64,000 bases of DNA from Candidatus Hadarchaeota archaeon (GTDB lineage: Archaea > Hadarchaeota > Hadarchaeia > Hadarchaeales > JAGGTB01). The stretch spans positions 1,600 to 65,599 of the forward strand of contig CAZSNS010000004.1 of assembly GCA_964608515.1 (NCBI GenBank), read 5' to 3'. The notes under the pieces were generated by a model. The model searched no databases and was not told where the DNA came from. It saw only the letters and a program-made list of their open reading frames with translations. How positions within the stretch are numbered: the stretch's first letter is position 1; the number at the start of each line of letters is the position of its first letter. Below are positions 49,757 through 62,235 of this stretch, piece by piece. Both the position numbers and the translations under genes were made by a program.

Positions 49757-50383
49757 TCACTTTTTTTTCAAATAGTTGATTATGGTTGAGTGTTCTTCTT
49801 CGCCTATTTTTGTGCTTTCTTTTAAGTAGTCGACTAGTTCTGTGATGGTGTAGCATGAGTGTAGTTTTATATCATCTTTCTCTAGTTTTTCTTTAGCTCC
49901 TTCTTCTCTATCCAGTATGACTACTGCGTGGTTTACCTTTCCTCCTTCCTCTCTTACGGTTTCAGCCGCTTCCTTTATGCTCCCACCAGTTGTAGTGACA
50001 TCATCTACGAGAATTAATTCTCCTTCTTGGAATTTTCCTTCTATTCCTTTCTTTCGCCCGTGAGATTTTTCCTTCTTCCTGACATAGAGAAGTGGTAAAC
50101 GTAATTTTTGACTTATCAAAGTCGCAATAGGTAGTCCCGCAGTAGGCACTCCTGCAATTTTGAAATAATCTTTTTTTATTTCTTCTCTAATCATATCGGC
50201 ACAAACATCTGTAACCTTATCAAACAAGTTTGGATGAGAAGGCATCACCCTCAAATCCACATAATAAGGACTAGTTTTTCCAGAGGTAAGAGTAAATTCT
50301 CCAAACTTAATACCGTCAATCTCATACAAACTAATCGCTATACCTTTCTTTCTCCCAATACTTTCTCTAGAATCATCACTCAT
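49757..50383 (-). CDS. pyrE: Orotate phosphoribosyltransferase
   Basis: FTLTSG..SPYYVD, RK..KSHG, VDDVTTTGGS. Confidence 0.95.
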   Translation of the reverse strand: MSDDSRESIGRKKGIAISLYEIDGIKFGEFTLTSGKTSPYYVDLRVMPSHPNLFDKVTDVCADMIREEIKKDYFKIAGVPTAGLPIATLISQKLRLPLLYVRKKEKSHGRKKGIEGKFQEGELILVDDVTTTGGSIKEAAETVREEGGKVNHAVVILDREEGAKEKLEKDDIKLHSCYTITELVDYLKESTKIGEEEHSTIINYLKKK

Positions 50384-50389
50384 CTAAAA

Positions 50390-51124
50390 TCACTCTTCCA
50401 AAGTTTCGTTAATCTCATCCCTAATCCTAGCAGCAGAACCCCCAGGAGAATCAGAAGTATAAATAGCTCTCCCAACAATCTCATAATCCGCACCAAACCT
50501 AATAGCATCACCAGCCTTACCACCCTGCGCACCAATCCCAGGAGTCAAAATCAACAAATCATCACCAGCCCTAGAACGCAAATCCCTAACTTGCTCAGGC
50601 CTCGTGGCCGGGCCGATTATTCCTGTTGCGTTTACTTCTTTGGATAAGTCTAGGAGTTGATCGCTCACTGGTTGGATAAATTGTTCTCCTCCTGGGTGTG
50701 ACATATTTGAAACTACGAAGACTCCTTTTCCGTCTTCTTGTTTTGCGGCTTGGATTATTGCTTCAAGGCTGTCTTTTCCTGTAAATCCATGGCTAATTAC
50801 TGCGTTTGCTCCTGCATTGTATGCTCTTTTGGCGATTTGTTGGCTAATATGAGGTACATCTGCAATTTTGAAATCTGAGATTATTGGAATGGAAGTTTTT
50901 TGACTTATTTCTGTGATAATTTCTATTCCTGTGTTTAGGACAAGTGAATAACCTATTTTCACTCCAGCAATATAGTTGGAAGTTTCTTCTAACACATCTA
51001 GGCATTTTTCTCTTACTTTCTTTTTGCCAGTGTTTTCTTCGGAGACATCAAGGGCTAGGATTAGTCTTGAATCGTTGGCTTCAGTCTTTTCTTTAAATGT
51101 TTCTCTAAATTTTTCTCCGACCAA
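50390..51124 (-). CDS. pyrF: OMP decarboxylase
   Basis: ALD, K.G, DFKIADVP, TPG.GAQGG, IVGR. Confidence 0.95.
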   Translation of the reverse strand: MVGEKFRETFKEKTEANDSRLILALDVSEENTGKKKVREKCLDVLEETSNYIAGVKIGYSLVLNTGIEIITEISQKTSIPIISDFKIADVPHISQQIAKRAYNAGANAVISHGFTGKDSLEAIIQAAKQEDGKGVFVVSNMSHPGGEQFIQPVSDQLLDLSKEVNATGIIGPATRPEQVRDLRSRAGDDLLILTPGIGAQGGKAGDAIRFGADYEIVGRAIYTSDSPGGSAARIRDEINETLEE

Positions 51125-51130
51125 TTTTAC

Positions 51131-51604
51131 CTACTCCGAGAATTGATCGAACAGCTCATCTTCTTCCGTTATTCTTTCACAATAGGTACATCGTAAACTT
51201 ATCGGTGTTTCGCTAACTACTTCAAATTTTAGTTGCGTTGGTTCGGAAGTGTTGGTAATACATGCTGGATTAGAGCATTCCACAACGCCTTCGATTATTT
51301 CAGGAAGTTCAACTTCCTTCTTTTCCACGACTTCATAGTTTTCAATTACGTTGATTGTAGCGGTCGGCGCTACCAAAGCTATTTGGTTAACCTCTTCCTC
51401 TTCCAGCTCTCGACCTTCGATTTTTACAATATCTTTTTCACCGAGCTCTTGACTAGGCACGTTCATCAAAACCGAAACAGTATCTTCAGCGCCTGGAGTT
51501 ATTCCTAAAATCTCTAAAACAGTCAAAGCTCTCCCTGACGGTATATGATCAATTACGGTTCCAGCCTCAATCTTGCTAACTCTCAATTTTTCTTTATCTA
51601 CCAT
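51131..51604 (-). CDS. pyrI: Aspartate carbamoyltransferase regulatory chain
   Basis: GTVIDHI, KDIVKIE, C.NP.C...C.YC. Confidence 0.96.
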   Translation of the reverse strand: MVDKEKLRVSKIEAGTVIDHIPSGRALTVLEILGITPGAEDTVSVLMNVPSQELGEKDIVKIEGRELEEEEVNQIALVAPTATINVIENYEVVEKKEVELPEIIEGVVECSNPACITNTSEPTQLKFEVVSETPISLRCTYCERITEEDELFDQFSE

Positions 51605-51608
51605 GTTA

Positions 51609-52550
<942 letters not shown>

Positions 52551-52592
52551 TTATTTTAATTAAATATTTCCACTCAATCTAAAAGGGGTAGT

Positions 52593-53891
52593 TTGAAAAA
52601 AGTTGACCTTTGTCTCAAAAACGGGAAAATTCCCACATCTAACTCTTTGGTAGAAGCGGGAATAGCAATTGACGAAGGAAAAATAGTTTCCATATCTAAG
52701 AAATCCTCCTTGCCCGACTCTGAGGAAACAATTGATGTTGAGGGGAAACTCATTCTTCCTGGAGTGGTAGATACTCATGTTCACTTTCGAGACCCTGGGT
52801 TTCCTGAGAAAGAAGATTTTTCAACTGGTTCTAAAGCTGCGGCAGCTGGAGGGGTTACAACGGTTTGTGATATGCCTAATACGTCTCCGAAGACAGATAG
52901 TCGTGAAAAATTTAGAGAAAAAAAAGCGATAGGAGATAAGAAATCTTATATCGACTTCGGTTTGCATGGGATGTTTACTTCCGCCATTAAAGAGGGAAAA
53001 AAATTACTTGAAGAGGGTGCGGTTTCTCTAAAACTTTACCCGGAGATTTGTGACGATTCTAAAATTTCCGAAGTTAGCGATGAGCAAGCAATAATTACAA
53101 TCCATCCTGAAGATCCGACTTTTTTGAGTGAAGGGCAGAACTCGGGCGATGTTGATGACTTTGTTGAATCTCGACCGGATAAGGCTGAGGTTTCGGAGAT
53201 ATTTAGAATATTGAGTATGGTTTCGAACTTTCAGCCTCATTTTTGCCATATTACAACTGAAGAGTCGCTAAGCGTTATTACCAGAGCTAAATCCGATAAG
53301 GGTATTTCTTGTGAAGTGACTCCTCATCATTTGTTCTTAGATCGTTCACATCTTAGAAAATTTGGACCTATTGCGAAGACGTATCCTCCTGTGCGTTCCG
53401 AATTTGATAGGGAGAAACTTTTGTCCGGACTTGAAATGGGTCTTATAGATATTGTAGCTACTGATCACGCTCCTCATACTCTTGAAGGGAAGGAAAAAGA
53501 CATGATTAAAGCCCCTCCTGGAATAGCGGGTATAGAAACGTCACTTCCTCTCCTTTTTACACTGGTGGAGAAAGGCAAACTTTCCCTGTCTAGACTGATA
53601 GAATCGATGTGTTTGGAACCTGCTAGAATTTTCGGACTAAAAAATGAAAACGGTATCCAAAAAGGTGTTTTAAAGCCGGGTGCAGATGCAGATATCGTGG
53701 TTTTAAATCAAAACAAGACTTGGAAAATAAAAGGTAAAGACTTACACGGAAAAACCAAATTCACACCATTTGAAGGTAGAAAAGTCAATGGCAAACCAGA
53801 ACTCACCCTAGTAAGAGGAGAAAAGGTGTACCAGAAAGGAAAAATAGTAGGTGAAAAAGGAAATGGAAAATTCATCCCCCGTAGAACATAA
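52593..53891 (+). CDS. pyrC: Dihydroorotase
   Basis: DTHVHFRDPG, GGVTT..DMPNT, EVTPHHL, TDHAPH. Confidence 0.9.
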   Translation: MKKVDLCLKNGKIPTSNSLVEAGIAIDEGKIVSISKKSSLPDSEETIDVEGKLILPGVVDTHVHFRDPGFPEKEDFSTGSKAAAAGGVTTVCDMPNTSPKTDSREKFREKKAIGDKKSYIDFGLHGMFTSAIKEGKKLLEEGAVSLKLYPEICDDSKISEVSDEQAIITIHPEDPTFLSEGQNSGDVDDFVESRPDKAEVSEIFRILSMVSNFQPHFCHITTEESLSVITRAKSDKGISCEVTPHHLFLDRSHLRKFGPIAKTYPPVRSEFDREKLLSGLEMGLIDIVATDHAPHTLEGKEKDMIKAPPGIAGIETSLPLLFTLVEKGKLSLSRLIESMCLEPARIFGLKNENGIQKGVLKPGADADIVVLNQNKTWKIKGKDLHGKTKFTPFEGRKVNGKPELTLVRGEKVYQKGKIVGEKGNGKFIPRRT

Positions 53892-54681
53892 GCCAACAGT
53901 AGTACCCATAAACAATATTGTGAAAGAAACCCCCAAAATCAGAACAATTTACACAAAAGCACCAAAAATCACCTCCACAACAACTCCAGGACAATTCATA
54001 ATGGTATGGGTAATAGGAGAAGACGAAATCCCAATGGCCGTCTCAACCGCTGAAGAGGATGGAACTGTCAGCTTTTCAGCCGAAAAAATAGGAGACGCAA
54101 CAACAAAACTTCATAAACTGGAAGAAGGCGACCTCGTAGGACTTCGAGGGCCTTATGGAAATGGGTTTGACTTGTCCGGAGAAAAATTGTTAATGATTGG
54201 TGGAGGTTGTGGAATGGCACCCCTTGCCATTACCGCTGAGAGAGCGGTGGAAAAGGGTAAAGATGTTACGGTTATAATATCGGCTGAGTCCGAAGAGGAT
54301 CTTTTGTTTAAATCAAGGATTGAGAGCTTAGATGCGGAATTATTGCTTGGTACTGAGGATGGTTCCGCAGGAGTTGAAGGTGTTACCACGGACGTTTTAC
54401 GACAGGAATTACCGGAGGAAGATTATGATTCTTGCTTAATTTGCGGGCCAGAACGGATGATGGTTGCAACTGCTGAGTTTATTGAAGAAAGGGGTATTCC
54501 CTTGCAGATAAGTTTGAACAGGTATATGAAGTGCGGTTTTGGTCTTTGCGGGTCTTGTTCTTTGGACCCTTCGGGTTTGAGAGTTTGTGAGGAAGGTCCT
54601 GTTTTTACCTATGAGGAGATTAAAGATTCGGAGTTTGGAGAATATAAGAGGGATGCGGCCGGTAGGAAAACTGAAGTTTAA
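53863..54681 (+). CDS. pyrK: Dihydroorotate dehydrogenase electron-transfer subunit
   Basis: PGQF.MVW, RGPYG, GGG.G.AP, CGPE, MKCGFGLCGSC. Confidence 0.93.
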   Translation: MENSSPVEHKPTVVPINNIVKETPKIRTIYTKAPKITSTTTPGQFIMVWVIGEDEIPMAVSTAEEDGTVSFSAEKIGDATTKLHKLEEGDLVGLRGPYGNGFDLSGEKLLMIGGGCGMAPLAITAERAVEKGKDVTVIISAESEEDLLFKSRIESLDAELLLGTEDGSAGVEGVTTDVLRQELPEEDYDSCLICGPERMMVATAEFIEERGIPLQISLNRYMKCGFGLCGSCSLDPSGLRVCEEGPVFTYEEIKDSEFGEYKRDAAGRKTEV

Positions 54682-54684
54682 TTT

Positions 54685-55587
54685 TTAGTGAGCTTCTCCT
54701 ACTAGGTTTTCTATTTTTTTGGTTTGGATTTTTTCTTTTGCTTCTTCGCAAACTTTTTCGAAAATTTTTAAATCTCTCTGCATTATTCCGGTTCCTATTT
54801 CTACTGCTGAGGCTCCTGCGAGAATATATTCTAGCATATCTTCGCCTGTTGTTATTCCGCCTGCTCCTATTATCGGAATATTTGTTTCCTCAAAAACTTC
54901 ATAAACTAGACGGACTCCTACAGGTTTTATTGCGGGACCTGATAGTCCTCCTGTTTTATGTCCTAGAACTGGTTTTTTGGCTGTGGTGTCTATTGTCATT
55001 CCTGGCAAAGTATTTGTTAAAACGATAGCGTTAGCTCCAGCTTTCTCAACTGCTTTCGCCACATCTACCAGGTTAGGAATATGCGTGTTTCCGGGTAGTT
55101 TTGCCCATATCGGAATATCGTAATTTTTACTGATTTTCGTTATTTTTCCAGCAAGTTCGGGATTTTGCCCGATTAGTGATAATCCTTCTGCGTGAGGGCA
55201 GGAAAGATTTAACTCTACGGCGTTAACTTTAGCTTCAATCATTTTTTCTGCTAGTTCTTCGAAATCTTTCCGATTTTCTCCGAAAATACTTCCAATAACT
55301 GTTCTTCCCTCCCCCTTCACTGATTCAATTTCTTCCATCATGTTTTCTATTCCTGGATTTGGAAGACCCATTGCATTGAGTAATCCGCAAGGAGTTCCCA
55401 CGACATTCGGACCCTTATAACCCTCTTTTGGTTGGAGACCTACAGTTTTGGTGATGACTCCGCCGGCTCCGGATTTCCAGACTCTTTCTAGGTTTGCTCC
55501 TGTTTGCCCTAGGATTCCTGCGGCTAGAAGTGTTGGGTTTCTAAGTTCAAGATCACCCACGTTTACGGATAGATCGATTTCTGACAT
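54685..55587 (-). CDS. pyrD: Dihydroorotate dehydrogenase (class 1B) catalytic subunit
   Basis: NAMGLPNPG, ELNLSCPH, NT, GGLSGPAIKP. Confidence 0.95.
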   Translation of the reverse strand: MSEIDLSVNVGDLELRNPTLLAAGILGQTGANLERVWKSGAGGVITKTVGLQPKEGYKGPNVVGTPCGLLNAMGLPNPGIENMMEEIESVKGEGRTVIGSIFGENRKDFEELAEKMIEAKVNAVELNLSCPHAEGLSLIGQNPELAGKITKISKNYDIPIWAKLPGNTHIPNLVDVAKAVEKAGANAIVLTNTLPGMTIDTTAKKPVLGHKTGGLSGPAIKPVGVRLVYEVFEETNIPIIGAGGITTGEDMLEYILAGASAVEIGTGIMQRDLKIFEKVCEEAKEKIQTKKIENLVGEAH

Positions 55588-55680
55588 CCATTTTTTTATT
55601 TATTTCATGTTCCTAATAGTTTCTTTAATAGGAAATTCTGCGGAAATTTTTTAGGTAGGTTTTACATCAATCTTTTCTGT

Positions 55681-57384
55681 ATGACGAGATTCTTATTTGT
55701 AACCGGGGGCGTACTTTCAGGGATAGGAAAAGGCGCCGTTGCGGCATCAGTAGGAAAGGCATTCCAATTTCGAAGTCTAGATGTTGACATGATTAAGATA
55801 GATCCTTACTTGAATGTTGATCCAGGAACTCTCAACCCGATAGAGCATGGTGAGGTTTTCGTTACTGATGATGCGTGGGATTTTCAACCATCTCAAGATT
55901 CCTCGTTTACAATTGCTGAAATAGATCAGGATTTCGGAACTTACGAAAGATTTCTAGACAAAACGATGCATCCGAGAAATAATATAACCAGCGGACAGGT
56001 TTACCTGTCGGTTTTGTTGCAAGAGAGAGCTGGAAGTTATCTAGGTAGAACAGTACAAATAATTCCTCACATTACGGACGAGATAAAAGATAGAGTAAGA
56101 GCAGTGGCAGAAAGAAATGATCCCGATATACTAATCTCGGAAATAGGAGGAACAGTAGGAGATATAGAAGCAAGTCCTTTCCTAGAAGCCATTAGACAGC
56201 TAAGAATAGAAGAAACTGACGATTCAACCGGTCTTATTCATGTAACTCTAGTTCCATACTTGGAAACTATCGGCCAATTGAAAACAAAACCCACCCAACA
56301 TAGCGTTAAAACTTTGCTTTCAGCAGGACTGCAGCCAGATATGATAGTTGGAAGGAGTGATAGAGAACTTTCCGACACCGCTCAAGAAAAAATAAGCCTA
56401 TACGGCAATGTTCCTAAAGAAGCTGTGATTTCAGATCCCAGAATGGATGTTCTTTACGAACTTCCGTTGCTGTTTGAGAAACAAGGTGTGGGGGACTATC
56501 TTTGTGATATTTTAAGGATTCGAGCGAGAACTCCTGAGATTTCGGATTGGGAGGAGACTGTTCAGGAATTCAAGGAAGCTGATGAAGAGGTCCGTATAGC
56601 TATGCCTGGTAAGTATACTCAAATTCTAGACAGTTACATTAGTATTAATAATGCTTTGAAACATTCTGCAGCGAAGCATGGTGTTGATTTAAGTATAGAA
56701 TTTGTTGATACGGAACCTTTTGAGGAGAACCCATCTAAGCTGGAAGTTTTAGAGCAATATGATGGTGTAGTGTTGACGCCAGGATTTGGAACACGAGGAG
56801 CTGAGGGTATGATTAAAGCCTCTAGAAAGGTTTTATCTACAAATATTCCGTTTTTGGGTATTTGTTTCGGCGCGCAATTACTTTTCATCGCTTATTGTCG
56901 AGAAAAAGGTTTAGAAAATGCCAATAGTACTGAAGTTGATTCTGACACTCCACATCCTGTCGTAGATTTACTGCCCGAGCAGAAAGAAATCTCCAAAAAA
57001 GGAGGAACTATGAGGTTAGGTGGACAGGAGGTTATAATTAAACCAGGTACAAGAATGCACGAAGCGTATGATAAGAAAAAAGTCGTAGAACGTTTCCGTC
57101 ATAGATACCATCTCATACCCGAATATGTAGAGCGGATGAAAGATGAAGGCTTAATACTTTCCGGAACAGATGAGGAAGGAAGAATTGTCAACGTTGTTGA
57201 GATGGAAGGGGATCATTGGGTAGTGGGGGTTCAGTTCCATCCTGAATTTACCTCACGTCCTGGTAATCCAAATCCGGTTTACCTTTCCTTTGTAGAGGCT
57301 GCATTGAAGAATAAGAGAGAATCCGGGTCTAAAAAATCCGGAAAATCAGGCGATGATTTAGGAATAAAGAGTGTTGAACCCTGA
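55681..57384 (+). CDS. pyrG: CTP synthase
   Basis: [42 protein letters not shown]. Confidence 0.97.
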   Translation: MTRFLFVTGGVLSGIGKGAVAASVGKAFQFRSLDVDMIKIDPYLNVDPGTLNPIEHGEVFVTDDAWDFQPSQDSSFTIAEIDQDFGTYERFLDKTMHPRNNITSGQVYLSVLLQERAGSYLGRTVQIIPHITDEIKDRVRAVAERNDPDILISEIGGTVGDIEASPFLEAIRQLRIEETDDSTGLIHVTLVPYLETIGQLKTKPTQHSVKTLLSAGLQPDMIVGRSDRELSDTAQEKISLYGNVPKEAVISDPRMDVLYELPLLFEKQGVGDYLCDILRIRARTPEISDWEETVQEFKEADEEVRIAMPGKYTQILDSYISINNALKHSAAKHGVDLSIEFVDTEPFEENPSKLEVLEQYDGVVLTPGFGTRGAEGMIKASRKVLSTNIPFLGICFGAQLLFIAYCREKGLENANSTEVDSDTPHPVVDLLPEQKEISKKGGTMRLGGQEVIIKPGTRMHEAYDKKKVVERFRHRYHLIPEYVERMKDEGLILSGTDEEGRIVNVVEMEGDHWVVGVQFHPEFTSRPGNPNPVYLSFVEAALKNKRESGSKKSGKSGDDLGIKSVEP

Positions 57385-57453
57385 GATACAATAGGATTTT
57401 ATTAACTTCATAAGTAATTTTTTAATAGATGGAACTAGCCTTAGGGGGATATT

Positions 57454-58200
57454 TTGAGTTCTATTGAGAAAGTTGCCAAAATTTTGAAAGATTCGGAAAC
57501 GGCTGTAGCTTTTACTGGAGCAGGCATTTCTACAGAAAGTGGTGTTCCTGATTTTAGAAGTCCTGGAGGAGTTTGGGATAGATTTGATCCGGACCTTTTC
57601 ACTATTCAAAAGCTGAAATCGGACCCTGAAGGTACTTGGGAGAAACTTGTCCAGGTTGGGGAAGAGATGATGGATGAGGAGATAAAACCAAATCCTGGAC
57701 ATTTAGCACTGGCAGATTTGGAAGAGTTAGGAATTTTGGAGGCAGTGATAACTCAAAATGTTGATAATTTGCATCAAGAAGCCGGAAATTCTCCTAATAA
57801 TGTGATAGAGGTTCATGGAAATTTGAGAAAATTAGAATGCATGAATTGTGGCGAGAGGAGAGACTTTTCGGAAGAATTAGAGGAAATACCGCCAACTTGC
57901 AATGATTGCAGTTCTATTATGAAACCGGCGGCAGTGTTATTCGGTGAACAATTACCTCAAGAAGCGTTGTTGAGGTCCCAATCACTTTCTGAGAAATCAG
58001 ACGCTTTTCTAGTTATTGGCTCATCTCTCACAGTCCAACCAGCAGCGTCTTTTCCTTCTAAAGCAGCTCAGACCGGTGCAGAGTTAATAATCGTAAATCG
58101 AGATCCCACACCACTAGACGACAAAGCAGAAGTTGTACTCCAAGGGAACGCGGGAGAAATTTTGCCGAAGATAGTCAAAAAAATCAAAGAACTCCAATAA
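57454..58200 (+). CDS. cobB: Sir2/CobB NAD-dependent deacylase
   Basis: GAGISTESG.PDFR, TQNVD.LH, HG, two CxxC. Confidence 0.93.
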   Translation: MSSIEKVAKILKDSETAVAFTGAGISTESGVPDFRSPGGVWDRFDPDLFTIQKLKSDPEGTWEKLVQVGEEMMDEEIKPNPGHLALADLEELGILEAVITQNVDNLHQEAGNSPNNVIEVHGNLRKLECMNCGERRDFSEELEEIPPTCNDCSSIMKPAAVLFGEQLPQEALLRSQSLSEKSDAFLVIGSSLTVQPAASFPSKAAQTGAELIIVNRDPTPLDDKAEVVLQGNAGEILPKIVKKIKELQ

Positions 58201-58262
58201 AATAATGAAAAATGAACAATAGACATACTTATCAAGCTTAACGGAACCAAAAGAGGAGAAAA

Positions 58263-58769
58263 ATGATAAGAGAATTCAAAGGAAAAAAACCCGAAATAGC
58301 AGACTCAGCATACATAGACGAAAACGCCGTGGTAATAGGAGATGTGAAAATAGGAGAAGACAGCAGCGTGTGGCCGGGTGCGGTTATTCGTGGTGATGGT
58401 GGGCCTATAGAGATTGGGGAGGGGACTAGTATTCAGGATAATGCGGTTGTTCATGTGAATGTGGGGAGTTATTCGGAGATTGGTGATGGTTGTACTGTTG
58501 GTCATGGTGCGGTTGTTCATGGTCAGGAGGTTGGTGATAGGGTTCTCATTGGTATAAATGCGACGGTTTTGCAAGGGGTTAAAATTGGTAAAGAATCTAT
58601 CGTAGCTGCTAATAGTTTAGTTATGGAGGGTACGGAAATCGCTGAAAGATCTTTTGTAGCTGGTAGTCCTGCTGAAGTGAAGAAGCAGTTGGATGATGAT
58701 CAAGTTGGGAGAATAGAGTTGGCTTCTGATCATTACTCTGAGTTAGGTAAGGAATATATGTCAGAATAG
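58263..58769 (+). CDS. Gamma carbonic anhydrase family protein
   Basis: Hexapeptide repeats; RGD, IQDN..VH, GH.A.VHG. Confidence 0.92.
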   Translation: MIREFKGKKPEIADSAYIDENAVVIGDVKIGEDSSVWPGAVIRGDGGPIEIGEGTSIQDNAVVHVNVGSYSEIGDGCTVGHGAVVHGQEVGDRVLIGINATVLQGVKIGKESIVAANSLVMEGTEIAERSFVAGSPAEVKKQLDDDQVGRIELASDHYSELGKEYMSE

Positions 58770-58851
58770 GTTTAATTGGTTTTACTCTTTTCGTATTTTT
58801 CGAAATTATTTTTATTAAGAAGAAAGGTACACCTTCTACAAGAGGAGAAAG

Positions 58852-61179
58852 ATGACAGATAAAAATGTTGCATGGTTCGAAGATCTTACTAAGGCCGATG
58901 TAGAGATTGCTGGTGGAAAAGGTGCTAGTCTCGGTGAGATGATAAACGCTGATTTGCCAGTTCCTCCAGGTTTTGCAGTGACTGCGCAAGCTTATGAAAG
59001 ATTTGTTCACGAGGCAGGGATTATCGAAGAAATAAACGAGCTTTTAGGCGAAGTAGATGTGGATGATTCCGAAGGTTTGAGTGAAACAGGTGAAAAAGTT
59101 AGAAACATGATTTTGGAGGCTGAAATGCCGGCCGAGGTCAGAGAAGATATTTTAGAGGCTTATCGAGAGCTTTCCGATCGAAGTCAAGAACCCGACGTTT
59201 CTGTTGCTGTTAGATCTTCTGCTACAGCAGAAGATATGCCAGACGCATCTTTTGCAGGGCAACAAGATACGTATCTTAATGTAAGCGGTGAAGAAGAGCT
59301 TCTAGAAAATATTCAAAAATGTTGGGCGTCTCTTTTCACTGACAGAGCGATATTTTATAGAGAAAAAAATGACTACGCTCACGACCAGGTTTTGATTTCA
59401 GTACCAGTACAAAAGATGGTTAATGCGGAAAAGGCAGGGGTAATGTTCACTTCACACCCCTCGACAGGCGACAAAGAAAAAGTAGTTATCGAAGCAAACT
59501 GGGGACTTGGAGAAACGGTCGTTTCCGGTTCCGTAACTCCGGATACTTACGTGGTGAATAAGGAAACACAAGAAATCATGGACGTAACAATTGGATCCAA
59601 AGAAGCAACAATTACACGAGACCCGGAAACGGGAGAAACTATAGAAGAGCAAACACCCTCCGAAAAAAGAGAAGCTCAAGTCATAAACGAAGAAGAAGCT
59701 GCAGAATTAGCAGAACTCGGAGCGAAACTAGAAGAACACTATGGCCGACCGCAAGATGCAGAATGGGCTAAAGAAAATGGAAAAATGTATCTAGTCCAAT
59801 CAAGACCTATCACAGTACTTTACGGAGAAGAGGAAGAAGAAACTGAAGAAGCGGGAGAATTAGGAGAAGTTCTTGTCAAAGGATTAGGCGCTAGCCCTGG
59901 CAGAGGTTCAGGAAAAGTAAAAGTCATACCAAGTGCAGACGAAATTGGCAGAGTAAAAGAAGGCGACATCTTAGTAGCTGAAATGACCGCACCCGATTGG
60001 GTTCCGGCCATGAGAAGAGCTAAGGCGATTGTTACTGATGAAGGTGGCACTACTTGTCATGCTGCTATTGTTTCTAGAGAGTTAGGTACTCCCGCGGTTG
60101 TTGGTACTGGTAACGCGATGGAAATTTTGGAAGAAGAAATGGGAGTTACAGTTGATGGTTCTTCAGGTGTTGTTTACGAGGGAATAGAGAAAGAAAAAGA
60201 AGAACAGGAGAAGGAGAAAACTGGACCTACAGAAGCAGTTACCCCTGTAATACCAACTGCCACGCAGGTGAAAGCTAATATTAGTCTTCCGGATGTTGCT
60301 GAGAAGGTAGCTAGAGAGACCGAACCAGATGGTGTTGGTCTTCTTCGAGCGGAACATATGCTTCTCACTATTGGAAAGCATCCACGAAAGATACTGGAAG
60401 AAGGCGGAGAAGATGAAATGTTGGAACAATTCGCAGACGGTATTCACACTGTTGCGGAAGCAGTTTCACCACATCCTGTTTATTACAGAACTCTTGACTT
60501 GAAAACTGCCGAATTTAGAAATCTTGAAGGTGGAGAAGACGAACCGGAAGAACCGAATCCGATGATAGGATGGCGAGGTGTGCGAAGATTCGTAGATCCA
60601 GACAATCCCAAAGAACAAGAAATTCTAAAAATCGAACTTAGAGCGATAAAACAAGTAGCAGAAGAAGGTTTGGATAACGTAGGAGTAATGCTCCCGATGG
60701 CTCAACACCCTGATGAATTAAAGAGATTCAAAAGAGTTGCCAGAGAGGTTGGTTTAGAACCTCACGAAGATTTTGATATAGGTATCATGATAGAAATTCC
60801 AGCAGCTGCTTTGATTATCGAAGAATTTATCGAGGAAGGAATAGACTTTGTGAGTTTCGGAACTAACGATTTGACCCAATTCACACTAGCTGTCGATAGA
60901 GACAATGAGAGAATTGCAAGACTTTACGATGAAAGACATCCAGCAGTACAAAAACTGATCAAAAGAGTAATCAAGAAATGTAACGAAGCAGGAGTTGAAT
61001 CCAGCATCTGTGGACAAGCAGGAAGCTATCCAGATGTTGTCAAAAAACTAGTCAACTACGGTATAACTAGCGTATCAGCAAATCCGGACGCAGTTCAAGA
61101 AGTTAGAAAAATGGTCAACAGAACAGAAAGACAAATAATGCTTTCCAAAGCTAGAGAAGATGTGGAAGACGAAGAATAA
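58852..61179 (+). CDS. ppsA: Phosphoenolpyruvate synthase
   Basis: GGKG..LGE, RSSATAED, GG.TCHAAIVSRELG, SFGTNDLTQ. Confidence 0.95.
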   Translation: MTDKNVAWFEDLTKADVEIAGGKGASLGEMINADLPVPPGFAVTAQAYERFVHEAGIIEEINELLGEVDVDDSEGLSETGEKVRNMILEAEMPAEVREDILEAYRELSDRSQEPDVSVAVRSSATAEDMPDASFAGQQDTYLNVSGEEELLENIQKCWASLFTDRAIFYREKNDYAHDQVLISVPVQKMVNAEKAGVMFTSHPSTGDKEKVVIEANWGLGETVVSGSVTPDTYVVNKETQEIMDVTIGSKEATITRDPETGETIEEQTPSEKREAQVINEEEAAELAELGAKLEEHYGRPQDAEWAKENGKMYLVQSRPITVLYGEEEEETEEAGELGEVLVKGLGASPGRGSGKVKVIPSADEIGRVKEGDILVAEMTAPDWVPAMRRAKAIVTDEGGTTCHAAIVSRELGTPAVVGTGNAMEILEEEMGVTVDGSSGVVYEGIEKEKEEQEKEKTGPTEAVTPVIPTATQVKANISLPDVAEKVARETEPDGVGLLRAEHMLLTIGKHPRKILEEGGEDEMLEQFADGIHTVAEAVSPHPVYYRTLDLKTAEFRNLEGGEDEPEEPNPMIGWRGVRRFVDPDNPKEQEILKIELRAIKQVAEEGLDNVGVMLPMAQHPDELKRFKRVAREVGLEPHEDFDIGIMIEIPAAALIIEEFIEEGIDFVSFGTNDLTQFTLAVDRDNERIARLYDERHPAVQKLIKRVIKKCNEAGVESSICGQAGSYPDVVKKLVNYGITSVSANPDAVQEVRKMVNRTERQIMLSKAREDVEDEE

Positions 61180-61221
61180 TTCCAAAACCTTTCAATATCT
61201 TTAAAAACGGCTAATAATCCT

Positions 61222-62235
61222 ATGGATTCCAGATACGATCTCGAACCTGAAACCGTCAAAAAATTCCTAAAAGAAAAAGAAGTGAAAAAAGTAGCCATAC
61301 AGATACCTAACGGATTAAGACCCGGAATTAAGAAGATAAAAAAAATTATCACAAATCAAGGAACCGAACCAGTTTTTTTAGCCACAAGTTGTTACGGCGC
61401 TTGCGATATTGCCGATAAAGAAGCTGAAGAATTAGGATGCGACGCTCTAATACATTATGGCCATTCCACTATGGAGATTCAAACAAAACTTCCTATTCTT
61501 TTTGTAGAGGCTAGAATGCAAGTTGATCCTTTAAATGTTTTACAGGAAGCTATTCCGGTTTTGAAGGGAAAAAAATGGGGTTTGATAACGACTGTTCAAC
61601 ATATTCACTTTATTGAGAAAGTTCAGGAGTATCTTGAGAATGAAGGGATTGAATCTTTTATTGGTGAGGGTGGACCTAGAGCGAATTATGCAGGGCAAGT
61701 TTTAGGTTGTGATTGGGGTAGTGCGAGGTCTGTAGTTGAGAATGTTGATGGGTTCCTTTACATAGGTACTGGAGAATTCCATCCTTTGGGAGTGGGTCTT
61801 GCTACAGGTGAAAAGGTGGTTTCGATAAATCCTGTAACTGAGGAATTCGAAAAATTAGAACCGGAATTAGATGATTTTTTAAAGAAAAGAATGGCTTTAA
61901 TTGCAAGAGCAGAATCTGGGGAAGAATTTGGGATTTTAGTGAGTACTAAAAATGGGCAAAATCGTTTGGAGTTGGCAGAAAAATTATGTACGGAATTGGA
62001 AGAAAACGGTTATAATTCTTATATTCTTGCTTTTGATGATATAAGTTTGGAAGTTTTGGAAGATTTTCAACTTGATGCATATGTTAATACTGCTTGTCCT
62101 AGAATACCGTTCTCAGATCAAGATTTGGTTCAAAAACCAGTCCTGACCCCGTTTGAGGTTAGAGTAATGTTAGGCGAGGAGGAGTGGGAGGAGTATAAAC
62201 TTGACGAATTTTCCACCGGTTCTGAAAATGGATGA
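61222..62235 (+). CDS. dph2: Diphthamide biosynthesis enzyme Dph2
   Basis: CYGACD, HYGH, GQVLGC, TACPR. Confidence 0.95.
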   Translation: MDSRYDLEPETVKKFLKEKEVKKVAIQIPNGLRPGIKKIKKIITNQGTEPVFLATSCYGACDIADKEAEELGCDALIHYGHSTMEIQTKLPILFVEARMQVDPLNVLQEAIPVLKGKKWGLITTVQHIHFIEKVQEYLENEGIESFIGEGGPRANYAGQVLGCDWGSARSVVENVDGFLYIGTGEFHPLGVGLATGEKVVSINPVTEEFEKLEPELDDFLKKRMALIARAESGEEFGILVSTKNGQNRLELAEKLCTELEENGYNSYILAFDDISLEVLEDFQLDAYVNTACPRIPFSDQDLVQKPVLTPFEVRVMLGEEEWEEYKLDEFSTGSENG